30,336 nucleotides of DNA, from positions 1 to 30,336 of IMG/VR virus record IMGVR_UViG_3300020432_000031. One strand, 5' to 3'. This stretch comes from a virus. Taxonomy: Duplodnaviria > Caudoviricetes. The notes below the pieces were generated by a model. It made no database searches. It worked only from the letters and a program-made list of their open reading frames with translations, and was not told where the DNA came from. Position numbers and translations under genes: made by a program. This document shows, piece by piece, positions 1-4,727 of the stretch. Every line of letters starts with the position of its first letter. Within the stretch, counting starts at the first letter, position 1.

Positions 1-87
1 GCCTGTGCAAGCTTGCAACACCAAAGGGAAAGCAGGGCACGTAGAGGTGCGTGATCCATCCCCCGGCTGACTAATTAAGCTCTGCTC

Positions 88-267
88 ATGACTGAAACAA
101 TGGAAACGCTGCCGGATGGCTGCATCCGTGTCTGTGTGTCTGAGGATGGGTTTGACCCCGTCTGCTGCATCGTTTCCTCGATGCACTTGGTCTATCAGAA
201 AGTCCCACAGCTACGCGCACGGCTAGCGATGCAGGCGAGGCATGCGATCCTCGACAGTAGCTATTAG
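88..267 (+). CDS. small hypothetical protein (59 aa, not in ORF track)
   Basis: ATG88..TAG267 translates MTETMETLPDGCIRVCVSEDGFDPVCCIVSSMHLVYQKVPQLRARL...; the VSSxHLV..K..QL segment resembles, from recollection, small cyanophage proteins; stop overlaps the convergent gene's stop. Confidence 0.6.
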   Translation: MTETMETLPDGCIRVCVSEDGFDPVCCIVSSMHLVYQKVPQLRARLAMQARHAILDSSY

Positions 268-506
268 AAAATTTTGGCCTTGATCATGTAAGACTCCAGT
301 TCTGCGATTCTTGCCACTGCATCTGAGAGTAGATGCGTGGTGCGGATCCATTGGGTCACTGTTGCCTTTGTGACATCTTTCAAAGCCTGCATATCTTGGC
401 AGGTATCAACTTCCCTGTGGTACATATTGACCGTCAGCTGACTCTCCAGAGAAAGCTCTGCTGATGTGTTGAGCCACGCTAGGCCGGGTTCTTTCTGCTC
501 AGTCAT
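264..506 (-). CDS. NblA-like small helical protein (80 aa)
   Basis: Likely start ATG506 (MTEQKEPGLAW...) inside ORF 264..611; ELSLESQL...D...LK...Q...LL pattern resembles the NblA two-helix hairpin (LSLEQQF start). Confidence 0.5.
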   Translation of the reverse strand: MTEQKEPGLAWLNTSAELSLESQLTVNMYHREVDTCQDMQALKDVTKATVTQWIRTTHLLSDAVARIAELESYMIKAKIF

Positions 507-554
507 CGCGCGCCTGCGTGTGCTTACACAGTAGCCAATCCATACGGCTGCGCA

Positions 555-583
555 TAGACAGGGGTGACCCCATGCGCTAGGAT
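555..583 (+). promoter_or_regulatory. sigma70-type promoter flanked by an 11-bp inverted repeat
   Basis: TAGACA(555-560)-N17-TAGGAT(578-583); perfect inverted repeat GGCTGCGCATA 546-556 / TATGCGCAGCC 583-593. Confidence 0.6.
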
Positions 584-594
584 ATGCGCAGCCA

Positions 595-705
595 TGGGCG
601 GGCTCTGCCATGCACCGAAGCCGGATATTGGCCCGGATTCTCGGCCCCTAGACAAGAGAGGTGAGCTGTCGGCGAACGCCGGGGGCGGTACAAAAGACCC
701 GCCCA
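595..705 (+). ncRNA. candidate multi-branched structured RNA or 5' leader
   Basis: Closing stem TGGGCGGG 595-602 / CCCGCCCA 698-705 enclosing nested stems 611-616/687-692, 617-624/633-640, 644-649/681-686, 651-654/667-670 and 671-673/678-680; starts just after the promoter. Confidence 0.5.
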
Positions 706-802
706 ACCAATCAACACTTTCAACTCATGCGGCTGCTGCTCTCGATCCTTGTGGGATCCCTTCTAGCCGCTGAGTTGATGCACATACATCACCATCACGA
801 AA

Positions 803-991
803 ATGACAATCACCTGCGCTCTCGCGTGGGCGCTTGTCTTGATCATGTTTCCGCTGATTCTGCTCTGGAATTTGACTGAGTCGCGGAGTACCAAGATCAA
901 GCGCTCTCGCCGTAACGGCAAAACCTGGAAGCAAATAGGCCAGCGCTACGGAGTCTCAGCAAGCACCGCTAGGCGCTGGGCCAACGCATAA
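803..991 (+). CDS. membrane-anchored helix-turn-helix protein (62 aa)
   Basis: N-terminal hydrophobic helix ALAWALVLIMFPLILLW followed by HTH-like GKTWKQIGQRYGVSASTARRW. Confidence 0.7.
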   Translation: MTITCALAWALVLIMFPLILLWNLTESRSTKIKRSRRNGKTWKQIGQRYGVSASTARRWANA

Positions 992-1064
992 AAAAGGCCC
1001 CCTACAAGCCCCCCCCACACAGCGGAAAAAGAGGAGGGCAGGCAGGAGGTGGTGTGGAACCACC
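990..1064 (-). ncRNA. minus-strand hairpin with U6 tail (small RNA or intrinsic terminator)
   Basis: 998-1016 pairs with 1031-1049 at 17 of 19 positions only on the minus strand (4 G-U wobbles), followed by CCUUUUUU; TAGGCT -10-like hexamer at 1068-1073 (-). Confidence 0.45.
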
Positions 1065-1095
1065 CCTAGCCTAGTCATGCTTATGCGCAGGCGCA

Positions 1096-1515
1096 ATGGG
1101 TGAAGGCGTGCTAGTGATTGCAACAGCCTGCAGTCAATTGATCACCTGGATTCCGGGGGACTGGCAGACAGGCCCGGGCTACGCGATCAAAACAGGCGGG
1201 GGCTACGCGCACGACATCCACGGTCGCCCGGTTGTTCTCTCGCGCTCTGCGGCGTGCAGCCTTGCTCGCCTCATGCTGGCCAGCCAGGGAGCCGTTAAAG
1301 GACATCACATCCACAGCAGCCAGCGGACTAAAACCTGGAACGACTCCGTACAGGGTGCTTACGAGTCAAAACACCTCACAGGGGACGCCATAGACATACA
1401 CCATGGCTCAAGACGCTGGATGCTTTTACGCGCAGGTGATGTGGCCAAGCTTTACGGCTGGCGTCTGATCACCTACGGCGGGCACGGGGGGCACTTTGAA
1501 TTCCATCCGCCATAG
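1096..1515 (+). CDS. endolysin, peptidase M15 family zinc peptidase
   Basis: R..N..V.GA..SKHLTGDAIDI (H-x6-D zinc motif) plus C-terminal GHFEF third ligand. Confidence 0.75.
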   Translation: MGEGVLVIATACSQLITWIPGDWQTGPGYAIKTGGGYAHDIHGRPVVLSRSAACSLARLMLASQGAVKGHHIHSSQRTKTWNDSVQGAYESKHLTGDAIDIHHGSRRWMLLRAGDVAKLYGWRLITYGGHGGHFEFHPP

Positions 1516-1627
1516 GGGCTTTGCAGTCATCCAGGATCCTTAAAGCCTCAGCTGCTGCCAGCACGACAGAAGCACCCAAAGCAACCGCGGCGACTGTTGC
1601 CACGCGCAACACATAGGAGCTTTTCAC
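1469..1627 (-). CDS. small single-TM membrane protein (52 aa, not in ORF track)
   Basis: GTG1627 overlaps the upstream stop (GTGA); MKSSYVLRVATVAAVALGASVVLAAAEALRILDDC... Confidence 0.4.
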   Translation of the reverse strand: MKSSYVLRVATVAAVALGASVVLAAAEALRILDDCKAPMADGIQSAPRARRR

Positions 1628-1794
1628 TTTATGGGATCACCTACACCTAGGGCCCGCTCCACAGCTAGAGCAATTTGATCATCGATCTGGTTGTCTGTTG
1701 TTTTGCTGTAAGCCTTCAACAGATCAACAATCAGGCGCTTTACGCTCGTTGATCTCATAAAGGCAAACAGGACAGGACGCAGAAGCAAAAGCAC
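1624..1794 (-). CDS. small amphipathic membrane-associated protein, holin candidate (56 aa, not in ORF track)
   Basis: GTG1794 with AAGGA RBS; MLLLLRPVLFAFMRSTSVKRLIVDLLKAYSKTTDNQIDDQIALAVERALG; TDNxIDD motif recalled from small cyanophage proteins. Confidence 0.7.
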   Translation of the reverse strand: MLLLLRPVLFAFMRSTSVKRLIVDLLKAYSKTTDNQIDDQIALAVERALGVGDPIK

Positions 1795-1834
1795 GGGGGG
1801 CAGTCCTTAAAATTACAAGGTAGGGAATTGGCGA
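1795..1834. promoter_or_regulatory. divergent intergenic promoter region
   Basis: 40-nt gap between divergent genes; TAAAAT 1808-1813 (+) and TACCTT 1817-1822 (-) -10-like hexamers. Confidence 0.4.
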
Positions 1835-2101
1835 ATGGAGAAAGAGCACAAGTGGGATGCAAGCGAACGGATTGCAACAACCGTCCGTGTCGGCGTGCTG
1901 TGTTGGGCCGGTGCAATCCTCACCACTAGTTACCTAAACCTGGGCAAGCCATCTGCAGACTTGACATTTCCAGCGTCAGTTTTTAGCGCAGCTTTGGCAA
2001 GCTTTGGGATTGAACGCACCAACGGCAACGGGAAGAAAAGCGGGAAGCCAGGGGTGACCACTAGCCTGAAAGAGAAATCAGGCAGCGTGGGCATCAAATG
2101 A
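1835..2101 (+). CDS. two-TM inner membrane protein with basic C-tail (holin-like topology)
   Basis: Hydrophobic VRVGVLCWAGAILTTSYL and FPASVFSAALASFGI; Lys-rich tail; ATGA coupling to next gene. Confidence 0.7.
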   Translation: MEKEHKWDASERIATTVRVGVLCWAGAILTTSYLNLGKPSADLTFPASVFSAALASFGIERTNGNGKKSGKPGVTTSLKEKSGSVGIK

Positions 2102-2607
2102 GATCAGCGCACGCATTCGCCCTGCTGCTGTTGATCAGTAGCCCAGCCAGCGCCGACATCAGGCACACCATCCAATCGTCAGTACAGCTAACTGTCGATA
2201 ATGCGGCCTCTCAAATATCAAGAGGGGCAAGCTCCTACAGCATCAGCGGCAGTGGAGTCAGCACGACTGACGGCACCACAGCGGGCGTAATTGGCGGCCT
2301 AGGCACCGTCACAAATGGCGTCCCGGCCCTGACGTCAATCACCGCGTCACAAGCGACAAGCGGCAACGCTTTCAGCTTTAACCAGTCCTACTTAGAGGCA
2401 GACAGCACGAGCACAGCAACGGTAAGCCTGACCAATTCAGCGCTGACCGCCTTGCCGTTGTGGCAATCATCAACCGTGACCGCAGGAGGGACCGCAGGCA
2501 GCCTCGCAGGCACCGTAACAAGTGCAGGGGCCATAACGACGACTGCAGGGGGCGCAGGCACCACATCGATCGGCCAAACGCTGATTACGCTTGAGCGGCT
2601 CAACTGA
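2098..2607 (+). CDS. exported beta-rich Thr/Ser/Gly protein (169 aa)
   Basis: Signal peptide MRSAHAFALLLLISSPASA|DI; low-charge, beta-strand-like mature region; coupled to neighbours. Confidence 0.8.
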   Translation: MRSAHAFALLLLISSPASADIRHTIQSSVQLTVDNAASQISRGASSYSISGSGVSTTDGTTAGVIGGLGTVTNGVPALTSITASQATSGNAFSFNQSYLEADSTSTATVSLTNSALTALPLWQSSTVTAGGTAGSLAGTVTSAGAITTTAGGAGTTSIGQTLITLERLN

Positions 2608-3032
2608 TGCGCGCGGTTGCGGCCCTGTTGCTGGTGGCGTTGCCAGCTGCTGCGGTGCCAGTGGTGCCGCAATTCAGAACAGGCCAGCAAACAACCAACA
2701 CGCGAAGCACCACACAGATCGTGGAACAGATCCGATCAGTGGACTTTGCCACCGGCTACAGCTACACCGCGGCAGGTTCTGGGATAGAGCACAGCGGGCT
2801 GTCAATGTTGCCCGATGCAGTCGAAATCCAAACCCAAACAACAGACGGGGTGCAATCGCAATGGATCGGGCTTCCGCTTGGTCAGCGGCCCAGCTGGAAG
2901 ATGACACAAGACGGCGCGGCCTTTCAATTCACGGAAAGCTACAGCGGACCAGGGCTCCAGACGATCACGTACATAGACCGAACCACAACAATCACAGCCG
3001 ACACGTCCTCAACCTCAGTTTTTGGGCCGTAG
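2607..3032 (+). CDS. exported beta-rich protein (141 aa)
   Basis: Signal peptide MRAVAALLLVALPAAA|VPVVPQF; TGATG overlap with upstream stop. Confidence 0.8.
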   Translation: MRAVAALLLVALPAAAVPVVPQFRTGQQTTNTRSTTQIVEQIRSVDFATGYSYTAAGSGIEHSGLSMLPDAVEIQTQTTDGVQSQWIGLPLGQRPSWKMTQDGAAFQFTESYSGPGLQTITYIDRTTTITADTSSTSVFGP

Positions 3033-3709
3033 CCCTGCTGCTGCCATCGCAAGCAATTGCGCAAGTCAATGCAACAGCATCACCAAGCAGCGTCAGCAAC
3101 GGAAGCGTCACCAACAACGCGGTGCAGATGCTTAATGGCCCTTTCCCTGTCTATCACCTGGGCCCTAATCAGATCAGCTGCCAAGGCCCGACACTTTCGC
3201 TGTCACCGTTCCTGACTGGGTCGCATAGCTTCTCACTGCCGCGCCGTGATTATCAGCGGACGCCCTATTACAACCCGGTAGACACTAACGAAGACGGCGC
3301 ACCAGATTATCCAGGGGAAATCCTGTTCTGGAGCAAAGCCCCAACAGGACAGAAAGACAGTCACAGCATTAATGCAGGAATCGCATTGACCGCGTCTTTC
3401 CCCTTAGATGGTGGGCTGCATGAACGCTGCAAAGCGCTAGCAGACACACAGCTGAAGCTGATGCAACAGCTGTTGGCGCAGCGCGTTCTGGATTACACCT
3501 TGAACCGGCTGAAGCACTGTTCCGAGATGGCCAAAGCAGGCGCAACGTTTAAGCCTGGATCACAGGCGGCGATGGTCTGCGGTGATGTGCAGGTCATCGT
3601 CCCCGTAAAGCCCGCCGCAAAGCCAAAACGGCCCGATTCCGGTCTCTTTGCGCCAGGCGTCGTTCAGAAAGACTCAGGACCGGAATCTTTCGCCCTAGCT
3701 TTGCCTTGA
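2861..3709 (+). CDS. exported Cys-containing protein with putative OM beta-hairpin plus helical region (start uncertain)
   Basis: Signal-like FWAVALLLPSQAIA|QV at about 3020-3061; nearest in-frame ATG is 2861; amphipathic strands PTLSLSPFL and INAGIALTASFPLDGG followed by long helices; 4 Cys in mature part. Confidence 0.7.
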   Translation: MDRASAWSAAQLEDDTRRRGLSIHGKLQRTRAPDDHVHRPNHNNHSRHVLNLSFWAVALLLPSQAIAQVNATASPSSVSNGSVTNNAVQMLNGPFPVYHLGPNQISCQGPTLSLSPFLTGSHSFSLPRRDYQRTPYYNPVDTNEDGAPDYPGEILFWSKAPTGQKDSHSINAGIALTASFPLDGGLHERCKALADTQLKLMQQLLAQRVLDYTLNRLKHCSEMAKAGATFKPGSQAAMVCGDVQVIVPVKPAAKPKRPDSGLFAPGVVQKDSGPESFALALP

Positions 3710-4220
3710 TCTTTGCAACCGCTTTTTTGACTGCTGGCTTGATCAACTTGAGCAGCAGATCAGCAAGCGGCTTGGCCAGCAGCGCAGACGTGGTGGCGAC
3801 AAGAGCAATGGAGGTTGTATTGACGACGGCTGGCACCTCTGGCAGCCCGTCTAGGACCTGCTGAACGATCGGTGCGCTAGGGGCGGCAGGCACTACAGCA
3901 GCAGGCACAGGCCTAGGGAGCTGCGGCAGTTCTGCAGCAGGTGGCGCCTGATCAGCTTCAGGTTTTGCAGGTGGGGCCTCTCCCTCAATGACGGTCAGCT
4001 GGCTGGGCCTGAAGTCCATCACGTCGATGGAAGGTAGGGGCGCATCGCACACGTAGCCGACGCGGCCGGGATCGTCTCTCAGGAGCGATGGGTTGAGCTG
4101 CGCGTCAGGATGCGACGGGACACAGCCGGGCACCTGCAACACAGGCCGCGGCAGGCTGACAGGAGGGGCCGGCGGCATGAAAGGCGCCGGCACTCGTGGG
4201 ATGCGGACAGGCGGAATCAC
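3594..4220 (-). CDS. Pro-rich protein with CxnC domain, hydrophobic helix and basic C-terminus (208 aa)
   Basis: PGCVPSHP...DDP...CD domain, Pro/Ala linker, hydrophobic IALVATTSALLAKPLADLLLKLI, Lys/Arg-rich tail; 116-nt convergent overlap with the 3709 gene. Confidence 0.75.
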   Translation of the reverse strand: MIPPVRIPRVPAPFMPPAPPVSLPRPVLQVPGCVPSHPDAQLNPSLLRDDPGRVGYVCDAPLPSIDVMDFRPSQLTVIEGEAPPAKPEADQAPPAAELPQLPRPVPAAVVPAAPSAPIVQQVLDGLPEVPAVVNTTSIALVATTSALLAKPLADLLLKLIKPAVKKAVAKIKAKLGRKIPVLSLSERRLAQRDRNRAVLALRRALRGR

Positions 4221-4245
4221 AAAAAAGCCCCGCTATGTGCGGGGC
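4221..4245 (-). terminator. intrinsic terminator after the OMP gene
   Basis: GCCCCGC-acata-GCGGGGC-TTTTTT on minus strand, 12 nt after stop 4258. Confidence 0.85.
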
Positions 4246-4257
4246 CTTGGGAAACGA

Positions 4258-4644
4258 TCAAAGCGCGTACTTAATGCCGGCTTTTAGCCCGGCGTTCACG
4301 TAGTCAAGCTTTTCAGCTGACATCCCCGACACCTCGCCGTAGAGGCTGAAGCGATCAGTCACAGCGACAGCACCGCCAAATTTGCCGGACAGCTCAACGT
4401 CAGTGTCTCCGCCATCTGGGGCAACGATTGCAGGGCCTGCCTGCAAATACCAGGACGCATCACCGTTGACACCCTCAACCCCCAGGTGTACGTCGACAAC
4501 ACTGCCGACGTACTCAAAACCATCAAACCCAGAGAACCCGGAGTTCAATTCGGTGTTGAAATAGGGCCCAGCCTGAGCAGGCGATGCGATCAGTGCGGAA
4601 GCTGCCAGCAAGGAAGAGCCGGCGAGAATGGAGAGGTTGTTCAT
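4258..4644 (-). CDS. small outer-membrane beta-barrel protein (128 aa)
   Basis: Likely start ATG4644; signal peptide ending SPAQA|GPY; alternating amphipathic strands (VDVHLGVEG, WYLQAGP, FSLYGEVS) and terminal beta-signal-like KAGIKYAL. Confidence 0.75.
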   Translation of the reverse strand: MNNLSILAGSSLLAASALIASPAQAGPYFNTELNSGFSGFDGFEYVGSVVDVHLGVEGVNGDASWYLQAGPAIVAPDGGDTDVELSGKFGGAVAVTDRFSLYGEVSGMSAEKLDYVNAGLKAGIKYAL

Positions 4645-4727
4645 GAAATACGCCTGCGCAGGCGCAAAGATTGCGCACAAGGTAGAAGCACCTAGAGGCA
4701 GACAATTAAGCAACTGCCCGCAAATAT

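Noticed and set aside
595-705. Retron msr-msd or known riboswitch identity for the structured RNA
   Set aside because: No adjacent reverse transcriptase, no long msd hairpin, and no TPP, cobalamin or glutamine riboswitch consensus
524-934. ORFs 524..706, 564..773, 725..934 and the extension of 264..611 above 506
   Set aside because: They overlap the promoter, inverted repeat and structured RNA, and have no protein-like features
803-1064. Type I toxin-antitoxin pair
   Set aside because: The hairpin RNA overlaps only the stop codon and the protein has a clear HTH, unlike typical type I toxins
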